IMG/VR virus record: IMGVR_UViG_3300032304_000763
Coordinates: 7,548 to 71,547 of that record
DNA: 64,000 nt
Strand: one strand, 5' to 3'
From: a virus
The notes beneath the pieces are model-generated. The model did no database searches. It had not been told where the DNA came from and worked only from the letters and a program-made list of their open reading frames with translations. Shown one piece after another: positions 9,686-19,400 of this stretch (position 1 is its first letter; every line of letters starts with the position of its first letter). Made by a program: the position numbers and the translations under genes.

Positions 9686-10654
9686 ATGCCTACATCGTTT
9701 CAAAATTTAATTAGATCTAGAGTTACTGGAAGGGTTGAAGAAAACCTAGAAACTGGTAAGATCTATGTGTTTACTCCCGGTACAATGTACACAAACTTCT
9801 GTACTGGATTTTGTTGGAACCCACCAGGAACTGGCCGAGCAGTTATTGAAGTTTGGGGTGCTGGCGGTAGTGGTGGCCAGATGTGTTGCTGCGGTGGAGG
9901 TACGCCAGGCAACGCAGGAGCATACGCAAGACGCACTATCCAAGTAACTGCCAGCAACTTTGTTCGCGGAACAATTGGTAATAGTTGCGGAAACTCATCG
10001 ACTTTATGTTTTAGAGGTTGCTCTGAGCCAACAGAAGTGTGTTGGACTTCCAGCGGTACACCATCAAACGGCTGTATATGTGCCCAAGGTGGAGCAGGCG
10101 GACGCGGCATGTGTTCAACAGGTACTTCGATGTTCTGTTGTTTTGTAAACCAAAGTCATTGCTTTACAGGCCCATTTAACGACAACTGCGGTATTATCTG
10201 TAACTACTTTCCAGGTATTTGGATTGCCTGTGCCTATGGCGGCGATGTTAACTGCTGCGGTCAATTTAGTTGTACAGTGTTCTTTGGCTGTCAACCGGCA
10301 TGTCCGTGTTGTACTCAATTCCACGTGGCATCCCCAGCAGGATTTTATAGCTGCGGAGCTGGTAACGTAGCAGCATTTGGTGCTGAAGATGAAAATAGAT
10401 ACGGGCAATGGACAGGACAAACACAAATGGCCGAGACTAACGCATTCTCAGCAATGCGTAGATCACCTACAGCAGGTATTCCGATGAACTACTGCTGGAG
10501 ATCGGATAGAGCGTGTGGCTGTTATGAGATGCACGGATGTATGCACTATGCTACTCCCGCAACCGGCGGCCACGCACCTACACCGTGTCCGGGTGTTAGA
10601 GATCACGCAGGCCGAGGCGGCTGGGGTGCTGTTAGAATTAGATTCTTTACATAA
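9686..10654 (+). CDS. Cys/Gly-rich protein, paralog 3
   Basis: Same scaffold and MPTSF N-terminus; 31 Cys in 322 aa. Confidence 0.65.
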   Translation: MPTSFQNLIRSRVTGRVEENLETGKIYVFTPGTMYTNFCTGFCWNPPGTGRAVIEVWGAGGSGGQMCCCGGGTPGNAGAYARRTIQVTASNFVRGTIGNSCGNSSTLCFRGCSEPTEVCWTSSGTPSNGCICAQGGAGGRGMCSTGTSMFCCFVNQSHCFTGPFNDNCGIICNYFPGIWIACAYGGDVNCCGQFSCTVFFGCQPACPCCTQFHVASPAGFYSCGAGNVAAFGAEDENRYGQWTGQTQMAETNAFSAMRRSPTAGIPMNYCWRSDRACGCYEMHGCMHYATPATGGHAPTPCPGVRDHAGRGGWGAVRIRFFT

Positions 10655-10673
10655 ATATTGTTAGAGGAAAATT

Positions 10674-11321
10674 ATGAGAAAAAATTTTACATTTTTATTA
10701 CCAGACGAGCCGTATAAAAACACTACAGCTCTAAACAAGGTACAGAATGCTGTATACACAGGTCCAAGATATTTGGCAATCTGTGTGATCGACGGCACCG
10801 GCGAAATCAAGTATATTGCTAGAAAAGGCGAATCTTTAGCAGAGATTAATTTTGAATTGCTAGTCGATGATGATCCAGCAACTACATTTTATTTGATTGA
10901 TGCCAACGAGCATCCGGCTGCTTGTGCGTATTTGACACACTCCTATGAAACTGGACCTGTTGCTGATTACTCAACAGATTTAGTTGATGCCGACGGTAAT
11001 GAGTGGAATTACACATATCATTATGATGACGGTACTGGAGCAATGGGACAATGCTACTTTGGGCAATCATTAAAATACATCAACAATCAGTTTGTTGGTC
11101 CAGAATATAGACTTCACGCTATTACCAAAGCAAGTATGATTGAAAATTATCTTCGAATCGCAACAATGATTGAACAGAGTCTATTAGCCAACGACTACGA
11201 GCCGGCAGATGCTGAAGCACTAACTGAGCACGTGGCATGGTTGCGTGATTTAGAAAGACGCTATGCCGGAATCGATCACTGGAAAATTCCATTCCCTAAC
11301 GATTTACCAAATTATTATTAA
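10674..11321 (+). CDS. Putative tail-fibre assembly chaperone-like protein
   Basis: C-terminal WLRDL...W.IPFP resembles the tail assembly chaperone LRDLP motif; follows fibre genes; TAAATA at 10652 and GAGG SD. Confidence 0.45.
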   Translation: MRKNFTFLLPDEPYKNTTALNKVQNAVYTGPRYLAICVIDGTGEIKYIARKGESLAEINFELLVDDDPATTFYLIDANEHPAACAYLTHSYETGPVADYSTDLVDADGNEWNYTYHYDDGTGAMGQCYFGQSLKYINNQFVGPEYRLHAITKASMIENYLRIATMIEQSLLANDYEPADAEALTEHVAWLRDLERRYAGIDHWKIPFPNDLPNYY

Positions 11322-11332
11322 AATCTCTTGAA

Positions 11333-11395
11333 CCAAGAATAGGTTCTGTGTTATTATTGTAGTGATACATAGTAGAACAGAACCTATTTTCTTGG
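11333..11395 (+). promoter_or_regulatory. Long intergenic RNA hairpin overlapping the RBS of the GT9-like gene
   Basis: ccaagaataggttctgt (11333-11349) pairs with acagaacctattttcttgg (11377-11395); inner stem is capped by a GTGA (GNRA) loop; GG of the GGAG SD lies in the stem. Confidence 0.6.
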
Positions 11396-11402
11396 AGTTT
11401 AA

Positions 11403-12344
11403 ATGGAACAACGCTCTAGAGCATTTTTTTTAAACGGCGGTGCGGGCCGTATGATTTCAGCAATACCCGCATTTGAAAAATATGAACAGGAATCCGGTGA
11501 CAGGGATTTCATCATTATTTGCGAAGGCGGTACAGATGTTTTTAAAGGACATCCAACACTTGATGCCAGAACCTACGATGTTTGGCATAAAAATCTTTTT
11601 ATTGAAAAACTCAAAGATCGAGACATTGTAAGTACCGAACCTTACAGAGTATGGGAATATTATAATCAACGATGTTCCATAGCACAGGCATTTGATATTG
11701 AAATCAATAAAAAAGGTATTAGACCTTTGCCAAAGCCTACATTAATTCTTAGTAAAGATGAATTATTAACAGGTCGTAAACTAATTTCTGATGTAAAAAA
11801 ACAATTAAAGAAAAGTAAAATTGTTGTGTTCCAACCTTTCGGTAGAGGCATACAGGTTGTCGACGATACGCCAGTTGATTCAACATCTCGTAGTATTGAA
11901 TTCAAAGACGTCAAAGCCCTTATTAAAAAATTACAAGAAAAAGACTTTGGTGTAATTTTAATGAGTGAGTTTAAAATTGATTTTACAGATGAAAAATTCA
12001 AAGATGAAATTGCCATGCCTGAAAACGTATCTATGCGTCAGTGGGCAGCTATCATCAAATACTGTGATCACTTTTTAGGATGTGACAGTTTAGGACAGCA
12101 TTTAGCACACTGTTTAGACAAACCGGCTACTGTATTATTCGGGTCAACTTACCCAATTAATGTATCCTATCCAGAAAACAAGTTGTTTACTATCCTAGAC
12201 ATGGGCGAAGACACTAGAGAATATAGTCCTATCCGTATAACCCAAGACGAAAGAGTTGACAGAAAGCACGAAACAATTATGACAATGACTCCAGAAATTC
12301 ACACATACATTGTAGACGCAGTTCAAGGAAAAAATAAAAAATGA
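11403..12344 (+). CDS. GT9-like (ADP-heptose heptosyltransferase-like) glycosyltransferase
   Basis: N-terminal GGAGRMISAIPA and C-terminal FLGCDSLGQHLAHCLDKPATVLFGST match the GT9 GD...P / DSG.xHLA...P.V.LFG.T motifs. Confidence 0.65.
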   Translation: MEQRSRAFFLNGGAGRMISAIPAFEKYEQESGDRDFIIICEGGTDVFKGHPTLDARTYDVWHKNLFIEKLKDRDIVSTEPYRVWEYYNQRCSIAQAFDIEINKKGIRPLPKPTLILSKDELLTGRKLISDVKKQLKKSKIVVFQPFGRGIQVVDDTPVDSTSRSIEFKDVKALIKKLQEKDFGVILMSEFKIDFTDEKFKDEIAMPENVSMRQWAAIIKYCDHFLGCDSLGQHLAHCLDKPATVLFGSTYPINVSYPENKLFTILDMGEDTREYSPIRITQDERVDRKHETIMTMTPEIHTYIVDAVQGKNKK

Positions 12345-14149
12345 CAGAACCTAAGATTAATTCAGGCTGGATAGCAGCCATAGCACGTGGACACAACGCA
12401 GGTGTGTGCCTTTTTAAAGACGGTGAAATTGTTTTTTCTATCGAAGAAGAAAGACTGACTCGTCAAAAATATGACGGCGGACCTCTTGCTTCGATGGTAA
12501 AGATTTTAGAGTATACCGACAAGTTAGATTATCTTGTGGTAGCACATACGCAAAAGTTATCTGATACCGCAGGTAAAATTGACTACAGTGGCGATGATGT
12601 ATATACAGGACTAGCACGAAAGTTAGGTCTTATCAGCCGCAAAGAAAATAATCATAATCATCCGCAGGTTGTTGATTTAAGTTTTATGCATCACAAACTT
12701 CATGCGGCCTGTGCGTTTTATCGCAGCGGCTTTGATGACGCAGTGTCTTTGATTGTTGATGGTGCTGGTACATTCATTCAGTTAATGTACGGCAATGAAC
12801 CTTTATGGGTTTGGGAAGTTGAGTCGATTGTCGACTGTAGCTATCCTTCAAGTTTTAAAACATTGTATAAAAATTATGGTGCTCGTGAACCAATTGCTGG
12901 CACATACATGGATAAATGCCCTTCGGACCAATTTGGTGAAGCAGGCGAATTCCATGAAGCATGGCTTTCGGATAGAGCGGGTATAGTGAAGACCTATGAG
13001 GCTGTCACCGAATATTGCGGTTTTTCATCTATCGAAGCAGGAAAGACTATGGGGTTATTCCCATACGGTACTCCAAACGATCAAATTCCTAGGCTGTTTG
13101 ATTCCACTTCAAAGGTTCCGTTATCTAATAGAAACTTGATCGTTCCTGCCTATCCATCCTCTTCTATTGTTAACTCAGCATTGTTTGATTACTTAGATGA
13201 GCTGCCAGAAGAAGGACAAGATCCAACAACACTTCAAAGCCGTAGAGATCTTGCCTACGCTTGTCAAACACAGACTCAAGAACAAGTTGTGCGTTTGATA
13301 AAGAAAGCAGTAGAAATCAGTGGTAAGAAAAATGTAGTGATCAGTGGCGGATATGGTTTAAACTGTGTTGCCAACTACCATTACCTAGAAGCTCTAAAAG
13401 ATCAAGGTATTAACATCTATGTAGAGCCTATTTCTAACGATGCTGGTACTGCTATGGGTGCTGGACTAATGTTTTGGCATGCGTTATCTGACAGCAAAGA
13501 AAAACAAAAACTCGATACCTTGTATCTAGGACCCGAACATAGCTATACAGAAAAAGAAATCTTAGAAAAAGTCAGCTATGCCGGCGGCGAAGCAGTTGAT
13601 GCCACTAATAAAGAAGTAGTAGAGTTGTTAAGAAAGAAAAACATTGTTACAATTTTCCAAGGCCGTTCAGAAAACGGACCACGTGCCCTAGGAAATCGTT
13701 CAGTGTTATTTGATCCCACATTTGAAGACGGCAAAGATTTTGTAAACGCAGTTAAGCGTCGTGAATATTTCCGTCCATTTGCTGGCAGTATTTTACACGA
13801 TTATGTACACGAGTGGTTTGATCTACGCGGTATGGACGAAACTCCGCACATGATGTATGCGGTAAATTGTCAGCCGGGTATCGCTGAAAAAATCCCGTCA
13901 ATTATTCACGTTGACGGCACTTGTCGTATTCAAACTGTCAAGCGTGAGCAAAATCCTCACTACTACGATCTAATCAAAGAGTTCCATAGTCAAACTGGTA
14001 TTCCTATTATTTTTAATACCAGCTTTAATTTAGGTGGCGATCCGTTAGTTGAAACCCTAGACGATGCTATCGAAACCCTAGTTAAAAGTGATATTGAATA
14101 TCTATTTTTACCCGAATACGGTAAATTAATAAAGATAGCAAATACCTAA
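12341..14149 (+). CDS. O-carbamoyltransferase, NodU/CmcH/TobZ family
   Basis: EEERLTRQKY, HHKLHA, VDGAG, GKTMGL, GGYGLNCVAN, E.GPRALGNRS, KRRE.FRPFA, HVDGTCRIQTV and NTSFN motifs. Confidence 0.92.
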   Translation: MTEPKINSGWIAAIARGHNAGVCLFKDGEIVFSIEEERLTRQKYDGGPLASMVKILEYTDKLDYLVVAHTQKLSDTAGKIDYSGDDVYTGLARKLGLISRKENNHNHPQVVDLSFMHHKLHAACAFYRSGFDDAVSLIVDGAGTFIQLMYGNEPLWVWEVESIVDCSYPSSFKTLYKNYGAREPIAGTYMDKCPSDQFGEAGEFHEAWLSDRAGIVKTYEAVTEYCGFSSIEAGKTMGLFPYGTPNDQIPRLFDSTSKVPLSNRNLIVPAYPSSSIVNSALFDYLDELPEEGQDPTTLQSRRDLAYACQTQTQEQVVRLIKKAVEISGKKNVVISGGYGLNCVANYHYLEALKDQGINIYVEPISNDAGTAMGAGLMFWHALSDSKEKQKLDTLYLGPEHSYTEKEILEKVSYAGGEAVDATNKEVVELLRKKNIVTIFQGRSENGPRALGNRSVLFDPTFEDGKDFVNAVKRREYFRPFAGSILHDYVHEWFDLRGMDETPHMMYAVNCQPGIAEKIPSIIHVDGTCRIQTVKREQNPHYYDLIKEFHSQTGIPIIFNTSFNLGGDPLVETLDDAIETLVKSDIEYLFLPEYGKLIKIANT

Positions 14150-14151
14150 TT

Positions 14152-14175
14152 AAAACCCCCATTACGGGGGTTTTT
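14152..14175 (+). terminator. Rho-independent terminator
   Basis: aaaaccccc-attac-ggggg-ttttt immediately after the carbamoyltransferase stop. Confidence 0.8.
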
Positions 14176-14221
14176 ACTTTCCGTTTAAATCAGTTAAATA
14201 TATGATACAAAGAGCGGACCC

Positions 14222-15796
14222 ATGACAGATTTTACAAGATATTTTGCCCCGGGAGTTAAGAACACACTGTTCCTTAAGAACGGTGTAAATTTCTATAATA
14301 GAGGACCGTGGCGACAAGTATATGATGATACAGAAATAGATCGCTGGTATGTAGGCGATTTTACTGCCGCCCAGTATATTATTTCTGTAGAATATAACTC
14401 ACAAAAGAAAGAAACAATGTCTGTGCTAGTAGTTGCTAGACCAGATCAAGCTAGTTATTCTATTTCTGGTCGAGCTTCTATTGACGACCCGTTGATTACT
14501 ATTTCAGCAACAGTAAATGACAGCTATCTTAGTTTAAAATTATCACCAATAATCCCAGCATACGCTGGGGTTCGTGTAATCTATTTTGCTCAATACTTTG
14601 CTACCTTAACTGATTTAGATAGACCAATTCCGTTATCATATCTAGTCCCACAAGATAGTATAGGCGATGGCAGCGGTGGCGGCAGTATACCTACACCCGG
14701 AGACGGAGGCAGCAGCGGAAATGCTGATCTTTCAGCAATTGATCGATCACTGACACCAACAATAACTGGTACCTATGACGTTGGTATCTCTTTAAAAAGA
14801 TTTAGAGATCTGTATCTTAAAAATACTATAAATCTTGACGGTGCTATTATTTCTAAAAATCTTAACGGCGGCATTGAATTACCAATAGGCAGTACTGTAG
14901 ATGGAAATGGATTAGTATCGTTTGGAACTATATCAGTAGCAGGTGAGCCTGATATTGAAAGTATTTCATTAAATGATACATTGACATTGATTGCTGGTGC
15001 TGGAATGACCATAACGTCAAACCCATCAGCTAGAACAATTACATTAACTAGTTCTGGTGGAGGTGGAGATGGAGGTGCTACAGCAGCCAACGCTTTTGGA
15101 GTTATTAGTGTGTCTGGCCAATCAACTATTAGAGCCGACACAGCAGCCGATACGTTGACATTTGTAGCAGGCGCCGGCATTTCTATTACAACAAATTCTA
15201 CCAGCGATAGAATTACAATTACCAACACAGGAACCGGTGGTGGCGGTGGCGGCACAAGTGGTACTGCTTCGGAAATTATTGTAACAGAGATATTAGAAGG
15301 TATATTTCCAATGGTCATTGCCGAAGGCACTGATCCATTAACCGGACAGAGTTTATATGCTAGTTCAGGTGTAACACTAGAGGTAGCTACTAGTACTCTT
15401 AATGTTACCGCAACAACAGCACGTTGGGCTGACTTGGCAGAAAAATATCTAGCAGATCAAGCCTACGAACCCGGAACAGTTTTAGAGTTTGGTGGCGATA
15501 AAGAAGTAACTATGGCCCAAGACGGGTCAAAAAGGATTGCTGGTATTGTATCTACAGATCCAGCGTTTGTAATGAATAATGATCTCAGCGGCGACACTGT
15601 TATACGGTTAGCGTTACAGGGCAGAGTTCCTTGTAAAGTAAGAGGAAAAATTCGCAAGGGCGACATGTTAATCAGCGGCGGCAGCGGTTATGCGAGGCCG
15701 TCGAGTGACCCATCAATCGGAACGGTGATTGGTAAAGCATTAGAAAATTTTGACGGCGTTGAAGGAATTATTGAAGTTGTTGTAGGCCGTCTGTGA
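14222..15796 (+). CDS. Virion fibre protein with a C-terminal autoproteolytic intramolecular-chaperone (peptidase G2-like) domain
   Basis: WADLAEKY...GIVSTDPAFVMN...ALQGRVPCKV.G.IRKGDML...GTVIGKALE; two internal DTLT.iAGAG.sITtN repeats; TAAATA at 14195. Confidence 0.7.
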   Translation: MTDFTRYFAPGVKNTLFLKNGVNFYNRGPWRQVYDDTEIDRWYVGDFTAAQYIISVEYNSQKKETMSVLVVARPDQASYSISGRASIDDPLITISATVNDSYLSLKLSPIIPAYAGVRVIYFAQYFATLTDLDRPIPLSYLVPQDSIGDGSGGGSIPTPGDGGSSGNADLSAIDRSLTPTITGTYDVGISLKRFRDLYLKNTINLDGAIISKNLNGGIELPIGSTVDGNGLVSFGTISVAGEPDIESISLNDTLTLIAGAGMTITSNPSARTITLTSSGGGGDGGATAANAFGVISVSGQSTIRADTAADTLTFVAGAGISITTNSTSDRITITNTGTGGGGGGTSGTASEIIVTEILEGIFPMVIAEGTDPLTGQSLYASSGVTLEVATSTLNVTATTARWADLAEKYLADQAYEPGTVLEFGGDKEVTMAQDGSKRIAGIVSTDPAFVMNNDLSGDTVIRLALQGRVPCKVRGKIRKGDMLISGGSGYARPSSDPSIGTVIGKALENFDGVEGIIEVVVGRL

Positions 15797-15819
15797 CAAC
15801 CAATAAATACTAGGTAAAA

Positions 15820-16395
15820 ATGACTGTACAACAAAAACAATTTAGATCAGAATTTGGATTTAGAAGTCCAAAATTTTCAGTAGATGCTGACGGTAATCTA
15901 ACGGCAGATACCTTAACCACTGCTAATGTAAACTCAACTACAGTTAGCATATCCGGTGCTACTGTTTTAGAATCTAATAGAATAACAGAAAACATTGTTA
16001 ACAGTAGTTTAGAAACACTGGGAATATTAGAAAGTTTAACAGTCAACGGTGATGTTTTACTAAGAAAAAATAATATTACTCGATTGTCGATAGTAAATGG
16101 CAGAGTAGTGATTAGCAGTTTAACAACAGGTGCTGTTGATAACGTAGATCTCGGACAGATTAGTCCAGGAAAGGTCAACACTTATCAATTAAATGTTGTA
16201 GAACGAAACGGAGTTAACGGGGAATTTGTAGCAAACGGAGCAAATATTTCGTTTGATGCAGCTACAATAGCAGGAACTGTAACTTATACAGATAATATAT
16301 CAGTTAGTGTGCCACCTACATCGGGGGTACACTTAGCCCGTAAAGATTATGTTGACAATTCAGTGATTGCGTTCGCTGTGGCATTTGGAGCCTAA
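15820..16395 (+). CDS. Virion structural protein (191 aa)
   Basis: Fibre-type HLARKDYVD motif and hydrophobic C-terminal AVAFG; TAAATA at 15804. Confidence 0.55.
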   Translation: MTVQQKQFRSEFGFRSPKFSVDADGNLTADTLTTANVNSTTVSISGATVLESNRITENIVNSSLETLGILESLTVNGDVLLRKNNITRLSIVNGRVVISSLTTGAVDNVDLGQISPGKVNTYQLNVVERNGVNGEFVANGANISFDAATIAGTVTYTDNISVSVPPTSGVHLARKDYVDNSVIAFAVAFGA

Positions 16396-16404
16396 GGATC
16401 AAAG

Positions 16405-19400
16405 ATGGCAAAGAAAAAGATAGACAATTATACATTTAGACCAGGAATTAGTTTTTTAGGGAATCTTTATCCCGACGAATGGCAGAGTTTTACTGATAAC
16501 GTTCCGTTTATCAAATCAGAACTGACTGCGTATCTCAATTACAGAATTAGTGTTGATACCGAAGTAAACTTATACCCTAATGCTGTCCGCTTGCTACAGA
16601 ACAACGTGGCATTTATACAAGAAGAAGCCACTGCTTGGATTCAAACACAAGTGGCTGGTAATTTTTCAGGCTTTGTAGGCTACACCTATGATGTAGCTAA
16701 ATGTAAACGAGATATTGGCTATGTGCTAGATGCTTATCTACATGATTTACGCTACGGTGGCAACGAAGAAACTAGAATTGTAGTTGGCAAATATTGGATC
16801 AATGACGAGCCACAAGTTGACGGAGATCGTACTCCGGAAGTTAAAACACACGAATTTATACGAGATTTAATAACGGATTATATATTTCCTAGAGCAGCAT
16901 ATACTCCAATTCAAACGTCAGTAGTTCGATATACTATTGCTCCATCAGCAGAAACTACAGCAGCAGCTCGCATTGATACATTGTCAGCGGTTGTGACTAC
17001 GGTCATTGCTGGCGGACTAGATGTAATGCCTGCGATTGTTTATAAATCTGCTACCTATGAAAATTATACATTTAATTCAGAAAAATGTCAGCGAGATTTA
17101 GGTTATGTGTTAACAGCTTACCTTCATGATTTACGCTATGGCGGCAATGAAGAAACGCTCTTTACTATTCAGAAATACTACGACAACGGTGTTCTTCAAG
17201 TTGACGGAAGCGGCCAAGCTGAAGTAGAAGGCCATACATTTATTAGAAATTTAATCATTAACAACATCATGCAGAATGAACAGGGTGTTACACTATACCC
17301 CGAAGCTGTGAGATTGTTGACACTAAACAAAGCCTATCTTCAAAATGAAATAGCTGGGTGGATTGAAAATGAAGTGTTAGATGCTGTTAAATGTGAACGA
17401 GACATTGGGTATCTTATCGATGGAGCAAAATTTGATATTGCTCTTGGTACTAACTACAATGCCCTCTTTCTTGGTCTAGCTGAATTTAATTCAGTAGACA
17501 ATGATTTTTTTGTCATTGACACAATTAACAGAACTAAAACAGCCATTGCTGAACTGGCCAATGTGGCAGCAAGTTCAGCAGCCGTGGCTAGAAACAACGC
17601 ATTCTTTAATGAAGTAGTTGACATTGCCGAAGGCGGTCGAAGTGAAGCAGATGCTTTGGTATTGGTAGAACCATCTAATGCTACAGCTAGTCGAATAGCA
17701 GCAAAAAATCAATTAGTAGCTAATAAAAATTTCCTAGCAACAGAAGTTAATGCTTGGGTAGCTGCTCAATATCCTAATGCTGATCACGATCCTGTAAAGT
17801 GTGAACGAGATGTAAAATATGCCATAGATGCTCTCTGCTATGATATGCTGTATGGCGGTAACTCGGCAACATATGATCAAGCTAGATTTTTCTTCTACAG
17901 TTTTGACAACGGCGCAACAGGAATTGATCCTACTCATAGACTACAAACAGTAGCAGCCTATGTACATTTAAAAACAGTCATTGGCCAAGTGCTACAGGGC
18001 CAATTTGTTACAAGAACAACAGGCAATACAGTAACACAAAATCTAACGTTTCCGGCTGCTTCACCGAGCGATACAACAATTTGTCAAGGCTTGGTTCAGT
18101 TAACTGCTGATGTAGTTGCTGCCACAAATCAAACACAAGCTAACAGTATATTATCAGGATTTACTAGAACTGTCCCAAGTATAACATTTGCCACTGCTCC
18201 GTTACAAACAGCATTTGCCGCAATTACAACAAATAAAACTGCTGTAATAGATCAAGTGGTTGTATTCAAAGGTTATACCTACGACGAGGCTAAGTGTATT
18301 AGAGATTCCGGATATGTCATTGATGCGTTAATCTATGACTTGGAATATAATGGTAACGAAGAGTCGAGAAGAATTGCTCAAAAATATTATATTGACGGTG
18401 TGTTTCAAGTTGACGGATCAAGAATTCCAGAAATCGCAGCATATACATTCTTACAAGAATTATTAACAACATACATCTTTCCAAGAGCAACTGCGGACTC
18501 ATACCAACAGGTATATCCTCAAATTAAAACAGCACCTAACGCTGAAACTGGTTCGTACGCTCGAATCACAGAGTTAACTAATATTTTTATTAATTTCTTA
18601 AAAACTGGTCCTGCGGCATTGCCTGCGGTATCGGTAAGAACAGTTCCATATCAAACAGTTGAAGAACAAGTAGTTGATACAACTAAATCATACGATCCTG
18701 AAACTGGCGAAATAATTACCACATTGTCAAATAATCTTATTAATATTATTCAGCAAGGTGTAGGTAGTCTTCCAGTTAAAGAAAGTGCCGGATATGGATT
18801 AGTTAAATTTCAAGGTGCTATTAAGTTAGAAGATATTCTTTTAATTACTAACACCAGCAAAAACGTTGTTATCTATAACTTCTCAACAAATACCGCAGGT
18901 GGCCAACTGATAGCGGAATTTGATGGCGATGATGAATTTGTAGCATTCAAACAAACCACTGACAGAGTAAATTTTTTAAGATTACATTTTGATACGTCAT
19001 CAATGGACGAAACTGATGACTTACAAATATTTGTTGAAGGTGCTGAACTAAAAGTTAGACCTTATGACTTTGGTACAGATGCTATTGAGCGTCATAGAGT
19101 AGCGGCACCACAGTCAATGCTTGATGCTGACTTCGAATACGGATTACAGCCAACTAAATGGCAGGCTATTGGTATTGCAAGAGGTTATCCTTCGATATAC
19201 GAAGTACCGGGATCAGATTTTGAAGTTGCGTCGATTATCACAGACGCATCATTTCCAACTAACGGTGTTGGTGCTTCAATAATTACAGTGGTTACATCTG
19301 CCCCGCACGGGTTAGTTCCCGGCAATCCAATCACTGTAGCTGGATTAGACACTAGTGTATCAGGAGTTAGTAGAGCAGAAGGAGCATTTGTTGTAGTAAC

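Noticed and set aside
7708-10654. Diversity-generating retroelement (TR/VR) acting on the Cys-rich paralogs
   Set aside because: No reverse transcriptase in the window. Differences between the similar segments are not restricted to adenines, and all copies are full coding genes.
7708-10654. RiPP precursors or selenoproteins
   Set aside because: Proteins are ~325 aa with an adhesin-like scaffold. There is no leader/core layout, no radical SAM or YcaO enzyme nearby, and no in-frame TGA.
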